Shown: positions 1-7,487 of the stretch, one piece after another
Numbering within the stretch: the stretch's first letter is position 1
Layout of the letters: each line of letters starts with the position of its first letter
NCBI GenBank assembly: GCA_046327735.1
Contig: JAXLXZ010000012.1
Span: 68,102 to 132,101, forward strand
DNA length: 64,000 nt
DNA from: Gemmatimonadales bacterium
Lineage (GTDB): Bacteria; Gemmatimonadota; Gemmatimonadetes; Gemmatimonadales; GWC2-71-9
Reading direction: 5' to 3'
Made by a program: the position numbers and the translations under genes
Notes under the pieces: model-generated
The model's input: the letters and a program-made list of their open reading frames with translations, nothing else
The model's database searches: none
What the model was told of the DNA's origin: nothing

Positions 1-710
1 AGCTGGTCTCGCACGTCGCCTTTGCTGCCAGCACCGAGGAGAGCCGCCCGATCCTCAACGGCGTGCTCTGGGAGCTCCGTCCCGAGCGGATGCGCATGGT
101 GGCGACCAACGGCCACCGCCTGGCTCGCATGGACGTCCCCGTCTCTGCCGGCATGGGCCGCGGCCAGGCCGACCTGATCATCCCGCCCAAGGCGCTGGAC
201 CAGATCCGCCGGCTGTTCGCCGAAGGTGACGAGCTCGAGATCGCCCGGAGCGAGAACCACCTCGGCTTCCGCTCGGCGACGACCCAGGTCTTCACCCGGC
301 TGATCGAGGGTCCGTACCCGAACTACGAGCAGGTGATCCCGCGGGAGAACGACAAGTCGATGACCGCCGACAAGGCGGCGCTCACTGCGGCGCTTCGCCG
401 CATGAGCATCGTCGCGAGCGACCAGACGCACCGGATCCGGATGGGTCTCGCCAGCGCCTCCTGCAAGCTCTCGGTGCAGACCCCTGACCTCGGTGAGGCC
501 CAGGAAGAGCTTTCGGTTGCCTACGATGGCGACAACCTGGAGATCGGCTTCAACGCCTCCTACCTGCTCGAGATCATGAAGTTCATGCCGACGGATGAAG
601 TGCGCATGACCTTCAAGGGTCCCGAACGGGCCGCCACGTGCGAACCGGTGGGGTGGAACGACCCGGCGGCGTACATGACGCTTGTCATGCCGCTCCGCCT
701 GGTCGACTGA
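1..710 (+). CDS. dnaN: DNA polymerase III beta sliding clamp, C-terminal part (5' end lies outside window)
   Basis: Frame 3 is open from the window edge (LVSHVAFAASTEESRPILNGVLWEL...) to the stop at 708-710. RMVATNGHRLA, LIEGPYPNYEQVIP and the C-terminal YMTLVMPLRL are typical beta-clamp motifs. Confidence 0.93.
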   Translation, partial: LVSHVAFAASTEESRPILNGVLWELRPERMRMVATNGHRLARMDVPVSAGMGRGQADLIIPPKALDQIRRLFAEGDELEIARSENHLGFRSATTQVFTRLIEGPYPNYEQVIPRENDKSMTADKAALTAALRRMSIVASDQTHRIRMGLASASCKLSVQTPDLGEAQEELSVAYDGDNLEIGFNASYLLEIMKFMPTDEVRMTFKGPERAATCEPVGWNDPAAYMTLVMPLRLVD

Positions 711-718
711 TCGCAGGG

Positions 719-789
719 CTGTCATCCTGAGCGAAGCGAAGGATCTACTCCGCCCTCACGAGATCCCTCGCTTCGCTCGGGGATGACAG
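719..789. repeat. Imperfect long inverted repeat (REP/MITE-like hairpin) between dnaN and arginase
   Basis: Left arm ctgtcatcctgagcgaagcgaaggatct (719-746) pairs with right arm agatccctcgcttcgctcggggatgacag (761-789). This gives a ~28-bp stem with a few mismatches and a 14-nt loop. The right arm covers the first ATG (783) of the arginase ORF. Confidence 0.7.
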
Positions 790-797
790 AGAAGTCC

Positions 798-1721
798 ATG
801 CCCAGACTCCAATCCAAGACCATACGCGTCATCGGCGTCCCCATGGACCTCGGCAGTGGCCGCCGGGGCGTCGACATGGGGCCCTCCGCCATCCGCATCG
901 CGGGCCTCCACCGCCGGCTCGCGGAGCTGGGCCATAGCGTCGTCGACGAGGGCGACCTCGACATCCACAACATGGAGGAGCTCAAGGTCGGCAGCCTCCG
1001 CGCCCGGTATCTCGCGGAGATCTCCAAGGCCAACCGGCTCCTCGCCAGTGCGGTCCAGAAGGTGATGCAGCGGGGCCATTTCCCCCTGGTGCTCGGTGGG
1101 GATCATTCCATCGCGGCGGGGACGGTCTCCGGAGTTGCCGCGTACGGGAAAGCGAAGGGGAAGAAGGTCGGCCTCATCTGGGTCGACGCCCACAGCGACA
1201 TCAACACCCCCGCTACCTCGCCGTCGGGCAACGTCCACGGCATGCCGCTCGCCGCGCTCCTGGGCCTGGGCCCCACCGCGCTGACTTCCATCGCCGGCCG
1301 GTTCCGGAAGGTGCTCCCCGAGAATGTGGCGCTCGTCGGTATCCGCAGCGTCGACGAGGGAGAGCGCACCCACCTCCGGAAGCTCGGCGTGCACGTGTAC
1401 ACCATGGCCGACATCGACCGCCACGGGATTCATATCGTGATGGAGAAGGCGATCGAGAACGTCACGAAAGACACCGGCCTGGTGCACGTGAGCTTCGATC
1501 TCGATTCGGTGGATCCTAGCCTGGCGCCCGGGGTGGGCACCCCGGTGAAGGGAGGCCTCGACTACCGCGAGGCCCAGCTGATCATGGAGTCGCTGGCGGA
1601 GCGCGGGGTGGTCACGTCGCTCGAGATGGTGGAGGTGAACCCGATCCTCGACGAGCGGAACCGCTCCGCCGAGTTTGCGCTGGAACTGATCGAGTCGGCC
1701 TTCGGCAAGAAGATCCTGTAG
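798..1721 (+). CDS. rocF: Arginase
   Basis: End-to-end resemblance to Bacillus RocF: VIGVPMDLGSGRRGVDMGPSAIR, GGDHSIA, WVDAHSDINT, SPSGNVHGMPLA, SFDLDSVDP, EVNPILD. I prefer the start at the second ATG (798) because ATG 783 lies inside the hairpin arm, but 783 remains possible. Confidence 0.93.
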   Translation: MPRLQSKTIRVIGVPMDLGSGRRGVDMGPSAIRIAGLHRRLAELGHSVVDEGDLDIHNMEELKVGSLRARYLAEISKANRLLASAVQKVMQRGHFPLVLGGDHSIAAGTVSGVAAYGKAKGKKVGLIWVDAHSDINTPATSPSGNVHGMPLAALLGLGPTALTSIAGRFRKVLPENVALVGIRSVDEGERTHLRKLGVHVYTMADIDRHGIHIVMEKAIENVTKDTGLVHVSFDLDSVDPSLAPGVGTPVKGGLDYREAQLIMESLAERGVVTSLEMVEVNPILDERNRSAEFALELIESAFGKKIL

Positions 1722-1817
1722 TCCCCCTTCCAGAACCACTCCAAACTTTGGTCCACCCCGCGGCAGGGCTTTGGCCGTGCCGGGGGTGCCGCGTGCGCCT
1801 TCTCCTGGCCGCTCTGC

Positions 1818-1850
1818 TTGACCAAACAAAACTGATAGGTTATATAACCT
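1818..1850 (+). promoter_or_regulatory. Putative sigma70-type promoter with overlapping 14-bp perfect palindrome (ArsR operator candidate)
   Basis: TTGACC (1818-1823), a 17-nt spacer, then TATATA (1841-1846). The perfect palindrome aggttatataacct (1837-1850) ends 2 nt before the arsR-like ATG at 1853, which implies a leaderless or near-leaderless mRNA. Confidence 0.5.
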
Positions 1851-1852
1851 CC

Positions 1853-2209
1853 ATGGAACTGAATCTGGATGCCACCTTCGCCGCCCTCGCGGACCCCACC
1901 CGCCGGGCCATCCTGGCCCGGCTGGCCCAGGGTGAGGCAACGGTGACGGAACTGGCCCGGCCCTTCACGATCAGCCAGCCGGCGATCTCCAAGCACCTCC
2001 GGGTCCTGGAGAACGCCGGCCTGATTTCGACGGGTCAGGACGCGCAGCGGCGCCCGCGCCGCATCGAACCCGCGGCCCTCCAGGCGGCGAACGAATGGCT
2101 CGAGCGCTATCGCCAGGTCTGGGAAGCGAACTACGCGCGTCTCGATGTGCTGCTCGAACGGCTGAAGCAGGATGATGCGAAGAAATCGAAGGCCAAACGA
2201 ACGAAGTAA
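1853..2209 (+). CDS. ArsR/SmtB family transcriptional regulator
   Basis: The sequence LADPTRRAILARLAQGEATVTELARPFTISQPAISKHLRVLENAGLI is a classic ArsR wHTH. The internal ATG at 1853 was chosen because the upstream part of ORF 1748 is Cys/Arg-rich junk. Confidence 0.88.
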   Translation: MELNLDATFAALADPTRRAILARLAQGEATVTELARPFTISQPAISKHLRVLENAGLISTGQDAQRRPRRIEPAALQAANEWLERYRQVWEANYARLDVLLERLKQDDAKKSKAKRTK

Positions 2210-2234
2210 CCGACGAATGAGGGAGACCGGAACG

Positions 2235-2726
2235 ATGCCAGCAGAAGTCACCTTGCCGAGCGATCGCGAAGTTCGCGTCACGCGCCTGTTCAATGCCCCG
2301 CGCCAGCTGGTCTGGGATGCGCACACCCGGCCGGAACTCGCGCCCCAATGGCTCGGCTATGATGGTTGGGACATGCCGGTGTGCGACATGGACGTCCGCG
2401 TGGGCGGCACATACCGGTGGCAGTGGAGAAACCGCGAAGACGGCAAGGCGTTCGGCTTCTTCGGCACCTTCACCGAGGTAAACAGCCCGTCCCGGCTGGT
2501 CCACGACGAGTACTACGACCCGGGTGAGATCGGCGGCGCCATGCCAGCCGGGGATCCCTGCATCGTGTCGCTCGAGCTGAGTGAGCGGAACGGCGTCACG
2601 ACGCTCGTCTGCACCATGAAGTTCGCGTCGAAGGCCGCGCGTGACGCCGCCGTCTCAACCGGCATGACCGAGGGCATGGAGTACAGCTACACCCGTCTCG
2701 ACGGGATGCTCAAGGTCCACGCCTGA
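2235..2726 (+). CDS. SRPBCC / AHSA1 (activator of Hsp90 ATPase-like) domain protein
   Basis: VRVTRLFNAPRQLVWDAHTRPE...W and the overall length fit the SRPBCC family. An ArsR-SRPBCC gene pair is a common arrangement. The start at the ATG after a Shine-Dalgarno-like gggagaccgg is approximate. Confidence 0.8.
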   Translation: MPAEVTLPSDREVRVTRLFNAPRQLVWDAHTRPELAPQWLGYDGWDMPVCDMDVRVGGTYRWQWRNREDGKAFGFFGTFTEVNSPSRLVHDEYYDPGEIGGAMPAGDPCIVSLELSERNGVTTLVCTMKFASKAARDAAVSTGMTEGMEYSYTRLDGMLKVHA

Positions 2727-2782
2727 GCCGGGTCGTCGCGACGCATCTCCCGGCCAGTCGTGCCCCCTGGCTCATCGCCGCG

Positions 2783-3202
2783 GTGGGCCTCGGGCTGGCC
2801 GGCCTCTATCTCATCTCGCGCGGGAGCTACACGCCGGGATTCATCCTCCTGCTGGTGGGCGGGCTGCTGCTCTATCTGGCCAGCGGGCCGGCGTACCAGG
2901 ACCGGGAGCGGATCGTGATGGACGACCACGGCCTCACCGACCTGGCGGTGAAGCTCGGCCCGGTGCCGTGGACCGACATCGTTGGTGCCGAAGTGATGTT
3001 GGTGGGGAAGACGCCGCTGGTGAGCGTCGAGGTGCGGAATCCGGAAGAGTGGGAGCGGAAGGTCCCGCTGGGTCTCGCCAAGCTTCAGCGCCTGTCGCCC
3101 GATCTCAAGCTCTCGCCGGTCATGCTCTTCGCCCCGAGGCTCACCCTCTCGCCCGAGGAGATCGTGCGGGAGATCAACAACCGGGCGCAGGCCCGCCGCT
3201 AG
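2783..3202 (+). CDS. Hypothetical membrane-anchored protein (two N-terminal TM segments, soluble C-terminal domain)
   Basis: 139-aa ORF with a GTG start. It has hydrophobic GLGLAGLYLI / FILLLVGGLLLYLA segments followed by a charged globular part. No family was recognised with certainty. Confidence 0.5.
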   Translation: MGLGLAGLYLISRGSYTPGFILLLVGGLLLYLASGPAYQDRERIVMDDHGLTDLAVKLGPVPWTDIVGAEVMLVGKTPLVSVEVRNPEEWERKVPLGLAKLQRLSPDLKLSPVMLFAPRLTLSPEEIVREINNRAQARR

Positions 3203-4041
3203 CGCCGCTCGCCCCGCCCGAGGAAGGCCGCCACCCGCGCGGCAACTTCCTCGTCCCGCATGATCGCATGATGGCCCACGCCCGACGCCTCGACCAGTTC
3301 CGCCCCGGGCCACGCCTTCGCGATCGCCTCGCCCTCTGAAAACGGCACGTCGAGATCCTCCCGGTCATGAATGATCATGACCGGGACGGTGGCATTGGCC
3401 ACCAGCGTCGGGATGTAGAGATCCTCGAACCGCATCTGGAAGCGCCGCTCGATGTTCGCGATCATGCGGTCGCGCGCCGCGTCGGGCAGGTTCACCATCG
3501 TGGCGAAGCGGGCCACGAAGTCGGGGGAGGCGGAGAAGGGCGCGATCAGCACCGCGCGCTCGAGCGGGAGACCCCGGGCCACCGCGACTGCGATGGCCGC
3601 GCCACCGAGCGAGTGTCCCACGGCGGCGTAGAGCGGCCCCGTCTGCCGGGTGACCTCGAGCAGGGTCTCGGACACCTCGATCAGGCTGGTGCGCTTGCCG
3701 GGGGAGTCGCCGTGCGCCGGGTGGTCGTAGCCGATGACCCGGAACCCCGCCTCCACCAGCAGTGGGGCGATCACCCGGAAGCGTCCGGTGTAACTGCTCC
3801 ACCCGTGCACCAGCAGCACCGCGGGGCCGGATCCCCAGGCCCACGCTGCCAGCGTCCCGCGCGACGTGGCGAAGGAGAAGCGCTCACCCCCCGCCAGGAA
3901 CTCTTCTTCGTGGGGACGGGGGTTGGCGCGGCTGGGGCGGAAGAAGAGTGACTCGGCCCAGCGCGCCGCCATGTCCGGCGACCACCGCCCGACCGTGCCG
4001 AAGAGGGTCCGCACCGTCCGGAGCGCCAGGCTGCCCGCCAT
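3199..4041 (-). CDS. Alpha/beta hydrolase fold protein
   Basis: It has a GHSLGG nucleophile elbow, an LLVHGW oxyanion region, a late Asp (HDREDLDV) and a late His (GVGHH). It starts 3 nt after the mtgA stop. Confidence 0.85.
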   Translation of the reverse strand: MAGSLALRTVRTLFGTVGRWSPDMAARWAESLFFRPSRANPRPHEEEFLAGGERFSFATSRGTLAAWAWGSGPAVLLVHGWSSYTGRFRVIAPLLVEAGFRVIGYDHPAHGDSPGKRTSLIEVSETLLEVTRQTGPLYAAVGHSLGGAAIAVAVARGLPLERAVLIAPFSASPDFVARFATMVNLPDAARDRMIANIERRFQMRFEDLYIPTLVANATVPVMIIHDREDLDVPFSEGEAIAKAWPGAELVEASGVGHHAIMRDEEVAARVAAFLGRGERR

Positions 4042-4044
4042 CCG

Positions 4045-4986
4045 CTACTGCTCCGCCGGGGTTGGGGCGATCGGGGCGGTGTCCGCCGGCGCCGGGGTCG
4101 GCAACGTCTCCCGGAGCGACGGGAGCAGCCCGTTCTGGTACTCGCCCGCCGCGTTGGTGTCGGGGGCGTTGTCGCCGGCGGCGGGCGAGGGCTGCTGGTC
4201 TTCCTCCTCCTCGCTCGGCACCTCGATCTCCTCACCCCGCATGCGCCGGAGAATCAGGTTCTGGCGCCACTTCATCCGGCCGGGCCGCAATCCCGGGTTC
4301 GAGCGGAGCGGGAAGGGCAGCGAGCCCGCCAGCGCCGCCGCCTGCTCCCGGGTGAGCTGCCGGGCGCTGTGCTTGAAGTAGAGCTGGCTCGCCGCCTCGG
4401 CCCCGAACACCCCGTCGCCGAGTTCCACCACGTTGAGGTACAGCTCCATGATGCGCTGCTTCCCCAGCGCCGCCTCGAGCCGCCACGTGATCACCGCTTC
4501 CTTGATCTTGCGGAGCGGGTTCCGGCTGGGCGAGAGGTAGAGATTCTTGGCGAGCTGCTGCGAAATCGTGCTGGCGCCCCGGAGCTTGTTACGCCGGGCC
4601 CAGACCTGGGGGAGCACCGCGCGGAGCTCGTTGCGGTCGCGGGCGCTGCTCCAGTCGAAGCTCTGGCGCTTGTAGCCGATCGCCTGCGCCATCGAGAGGT
4701 AGTCGATGCCGTGGTGGGTGAAGAACTTGTTGTCTTCACCGGCGATGGCCGCCTCCTGCAGCGCCGGGGCGATCGAGTCGAGCGGGACCGGGCGGTAGCG
4801 GAGCGGCGGGGCGGGCGCCGGCGGGCCGCCCTTCTTGAGCGGCGGGCGGTCGATGGGGCGGGCCATGAACGCGGTTTCCCGGGGCCAGTGGGTCCGGTAC
4901 CAGACCGGCGGCGGCCAGACCGCGAAGAGCCAGAGCACGAAGGCCCCGGCCAGCGCGGCGATTCCCAGGAACAGGCGGCGAAGCAG
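4045..4986 (-). CDS. mtgA: Monofunctional peptidoglycan glycosyltransferase (GT51) with low-complexity C-terminal tail
   Basis: Contains the GT51 motifs EDNKFFTHHGID, GASTISQQLAKNLYL and RKIKEA. An N-terminal TM segment LFLGIAALAGAFVLWLFAVW precedes the domain. The start is uncertain: there is no ATG/GTG/TTG upstream of the TM, so I used CTG at 4986, and the first ATG is at 4866. Confidence 0.85.
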   Translation of the reverse strand: MLRRLFLGIAALAGAFVLWLFAVWPPPVWYRTHWPRETAFMARPIDRPPLKKGGPPAPAPPLRYRPVPLDSIAPALQEAAIAGEDNKFFTHHGIDYLSMAQAIGYKRQSFDWSSARDRNELRAVLPQVWARRNKLRGASTISQQLAKNLYLSPSRNPLRKIKEAVITWRLEAALGKQRIMELYLNVVELGDGVFGAEAASQLYFKHSARQLTREQAAALAGSLPFPLRSNPGLRPGRMKWRQNLILRRMRGEEIEVPSEEEEDQQPSPAAGDNAPDTNAAGEYQNGLLPSLRETLPTPAPADTAPIAPTPAEQ

Positions 4987-4994
4987 GGGAGTGC

Positions 4995-5873
4995 CTAACG
5001 GAGCAGCGTCATCCTGACGCTGGAGACCTGGGTCACCGGCACCGACTGGCCGATGGAGGAAAGTTCGACCACCAGCGAGGTCCAGCGGGTGCCGGCGGCC
5101 TCGAGCACCCGGCCGTCGCCCGCCAGCCGGTAGCCGAGGGTGTCGTTGCCGGTCGCCTTGAGCGTGATCGGCTGGCCGAACTGGGTAGCCTCGCCGTTCG
5201 CGCTGCGGCTCACCAGCACCTGGATCGGGAGCCCGCCGCTCACGTCGGCGGTGCCCGCCTCGTTCGCGAAATGGAAGCTCTCGGTGGTCTCGAAGGCGCT
5301 GACCCGGGCCGGAGCCTGGGTGCTGTCCTCCCAGCGGAGACCGGGATGCGCGCCCTCGGCGGGGAGATGGGGAAAGAGCAGGGCGAGCTGGTCCCGGAAC
5401 TGGTCGCCGAGGAGCGACGACTTGGTGGCGTTGACCCCGGTCAGCCCGCCAGTGGCGGGCCGGAGCGCGGTCCAGCGGGTCCCGCGCACGCTGTCGATCA
5501 CCGCGAAGGGCAGCGTCAGGCCGCTGTCCGCCACCAGCGAGTCGACCACGCCGGTGATCCGGGTCCCGCTGTCGGCCGCCACCCACGAGACGGTGACGTA
5601 CGCCGTGCTGGCCTGCATCTGCACCTGGGCCTCGCCGCTCGGCATCGTCGCCGCGACCGAGTCGCGCCGCGCGAAGGCGTAGCGCGCCATCCCGCCGCCG
5701 CTCCGGGGATACCGGATCGTCACGTCCCGTCCCGGATCGGGGCGGGGAACCTCCGGGCCCGGCCGCCCCGGCGCGGGCGCCGGAGCGGGCTGGGTGGTGG
5801 GCGGCGCCGCGGCCCCGGAGCCGGAACCGCATGCCGCGAGGAGGATCGCGCCGAGCGCGAGGCGGGCCCGCAC
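4995..5873 (-). CDS. Hypothetical lipoprotein (paralog of the upstream gene)
   Basis: GTG start, with lipobox-like MRARLALGAILLAAC|GSGSG and a Pro-rich linker. The beta-rich body shares collinear motifs with ORF 5875-6645. Confidence 0.7.
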   Translation of the reverse strand: MRARLALGAILLAACGSGSGAAAPPTTQPAPAPAPGRPGPEVPRPDPGRDVTIRYPRSGGGMARYAFARRDSVAATMPSGEAQVQMQASTAYVTVSWVAADSGTRITGVVDSLVADSGLTLPFAVIDSVRGTRWTALRPATGGLTGVNATKSSLLGDQFRDQLALLFPHLPAEGAHPGLRWEDSTQAPARVSAFETTESFHFANEAGTADVSGGLPIQVLVSRSANGEATQFGQPITLKATGNDTLGYRLAGDGRVLEAAGTRWTSLVVELSSIGQSVPVTQVSSVRMTLLR

Positions 5874-5874
5874 C

Positions 5875-6645
5875 TTACTTGAGCAGCGCGGCGCTGCCCT
5901 CGAGCGTCACGGTGAGCGGGAGCGGCTCCGGGGCCACCGCGATGGTGATCTGGAGATTCTGGGTGCCGGTGTAGGTGCTGCTCAGGCAGGTCCCGTCGGC
6001 GCCCACCATCCACGCGGTGTTGGCGGTCCCGGTGCCGTTGATCTGCACCGTCCCCTGCGGGCTCTCCTGGGTCCCCGAGATCGAGCTGGCCGACGCGCCC
6101 GCGAGCTTGGTCACCTTCGCCCCCGCCACGTTGTCGGCGGTGGTCTGGAAGTTGGTGACCGTGCGGATGGCGATGGTGCCGTTGCGCGTCGTCTCGGTGG
6201 TGTCGGTCCAGCTCTTCCCCGCCGCGGTGCCCTTCTGGATGGGCGGGAACAGCTGCGACAGCGCGGTTTCCACCGAGCCCGCCACCGGGTTCTCGGCGTC
6301 GGTCTTGAACTCGCCCACCCGCCCGTTGGGGCCGCGGAAGCCATGCCAGACGGTGCCCTTCGCCGCCTGCACGGCATCCGGCGGAATCGGGGCTTCGGCA
6401 TTGAGGCTGATGGAATCCAGCACCACCGTCAGCGCCTGGCCGCCGGCGCTGTCCACGCTCGACACCGACACGATCGCGGTGCTGGCGACTTCGGCGCGCT
6501 GCTCTCCCTGGCCCATCGAGGCGAGGTTGATCACCTGGGTCGACTTGAGGTCGATCTTGTAGCGGATCGGCGCGGCCGGGCGGGGCGTCCACGCGACAAG
6601 AGCACCAAGGCTGAGCGCGGCCAGCGCCCACGAACGGACCATCAT
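5875..6645 (-). CDS. Hypothetical secreted protein (paralog of downstream lipoprotein)
   Basis: It has a signal-peptide-like N-terminus MMVRSWALAALSLGALVAW. The Thr/Gly/Ser-rich body is predicted beta. Its stop lies 1 nt before the GTG of the next gene. Confidence 0.7.
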   Translation of the reverse strand: MMVRSWALAALSLGALVAWTPRPAAPIRYKIDLKSTQVINLASMGQGEQRAEVASTAIVSVSSVDSAGGQALTVVLDSISLNAEAPIPPDAVQAAKGTVWHGFRGPNGRVGEFKTDAENPVAGSVETALSQLFPPIQKGTAAGKSWTDTTETTRNGTIAIRTVTNFQTTADNVAGAKVTKLAGASASSISGTQESPQGTVQINGTGTANTAWMVGADGTCLSSTYTGTQNLQITIAVAPEPLPLTVTLEGSAALLK

Positions 6646-6682
6646 GACTGCCTCTTGGGAATAGGGGGACCTGCGGACACCT

Positions 6683-6928
6683 CTAGGAACCGGGCTGGTG
6701 GAGGTCGGTCTTGGTCTTGCCGAAGACCGCCACCAGCTCGCTGTCGTCGCTGGTCACGCGCAGCAGCTTCCAGCCCCGCTTGCGCATGTCGGTGCGCCAG
6801 CTGATCAGCCGGTCCCAGTCCGACGCCGTGGTCCGGAACACGCGCAAATCGGCCACCTGTTCCCAGGCGTCCGGATAGGGCTTGCGGTCCGGCGGTGTCG
6901 TGGAGCGGGACATGCTACCTGCCTGCAC
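6683..6928 (-). CDS. Small hypothetical protein (81 aa, or 76 aa from ATG 6913)
   Basis: An ORF with balanced composition (WEQVADLRVFRTTASDWDRLISWRTDMRKRGWKLLRV) on the same strand as its neighbours. No recognised family. Confidence 0.45.
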   Translation of the reverse strand: MQAGSMSRSTTPPDRKPYPDAWEQVADLRVFRTTASDWDRLISWRTDMRKRGWKLLRVTSDDSELVAVFGKTKTDLHQPGS

Positions 6929-7024
6929 CAGTTCGGGAGGAAAAAGCTACCGCCCTCGCGCCATGGGCGGGAGGGCGGGGGTCACATAATGGGGCGGGGC
7001 CGGTCGGCGACCTTCCGCCTCCCC

Positions 7025-7425
7025 GCCCCGCCAGGCCGGACCGTAAGCCGAGTTCTGTTACTCCCGGGCCGAAGCCCGGCAATGATGGTCATCTGTCTGG
7101 GACGGCCGTCGCCGGCCGCCTCGAGCAGCCTACCCGCGGTTCGTGGACCCGAGGGTCCGCCGGCGTGGGTCACGCCTCGCCGCTTATTTGGCCTTGCTCC
7201 GACTGGGGGTTACCGTGCCGCCGCTGTTGCCAGCGCCGCGGTGGGCTCTTACCCCACCGTTTCACCCTTACCACGACCGGTTGCCCGGGCATGGCGGTTT
7301 GTTTTCTGTGGCCCGATCCGTCGCCTCTCGGCGCCCAGGCGTTACCTGGCAGTCTACCCGCTGGAGCTCGGACTTTCCTCGAGCCGGTTGCCCGGCCCGC
7401 GACCACCGCATCCGACCTGCATCTG
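7025..7425 (-). ncRNA. rnpB: RNase P RNA, bacterial type A
   Basis: Minus-strand motifs: GAGGAAAGUCCGAGCUCC (rc of 7363-7380), AAGGGUGAAACGGUGGGGUAAGAGCCCAC (rc of ~7241-7270) and ACAGAACUCGGCUUACGG (rc of 7041-7058). P1 pairing joins CAGGUCGGA (rc of 7411-7419) with UCCGGCCUG (rc of 7032-7040). Ends are approximate to about 10 nt. Confidence 0.92.
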
Positions 7426-7487
7426 GAAGCTAGCGGGGGAGGCGGCAAAGCGGCAAAGCGGACCGCTTTACCGCCTTGCCGCCTCTC

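Noticed and set aside
756-1940. 394-aa minus-strand ORF antisense to the arginase gene, and the many similar long antisense or out-of-frame ORFs. Examples: 7476-9242 +, 7744-9537 -, 9246-10670 +, 14534-16126 -, 16274-17515 -, 18785-20215 -, 20273-22963 -, 21055-23274 +, 24114-25142 -, 27844-29103 -, 29722-31842 -, 33914-35713 -, 37744-39480 -, 41655-42989 -, 53388-54494 -, 55927-57036 -, 60505-61695 +, 61386-62876 -, 62878-63966 -.
   Set aside because: Their translations are Arg/Gly/Pro/Ala-rich low-complexity strings with no motifs. Each overlaps a gene on the other strand or frame that has unmistakable family motifs. Stop-codon depletion in ~70% GC DNA explains them.
4045-5832. 595-aa ORF suggesting a much longer MtgA
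   Set aside because: Everything upstream of about 4990 overlaps the lipoprotein gene 4995-5873 in another frame and translates to Arg/Gly/Pro junk. Only the C-terminal ~313 codons carry the TM and GT51 motifs.
6929-7024. GC-rich hairpins (cgccctc...gagggcg at about 6951-6977, and ggggcgggg...ccccgcccc at about 6992-7030), considered as an independent structured RNA
   Set aside because: They lie immediately 3' of the RNase P RNA on the minus strand and are most simply its terminator/processing stems. There are no other recognisable motifs.
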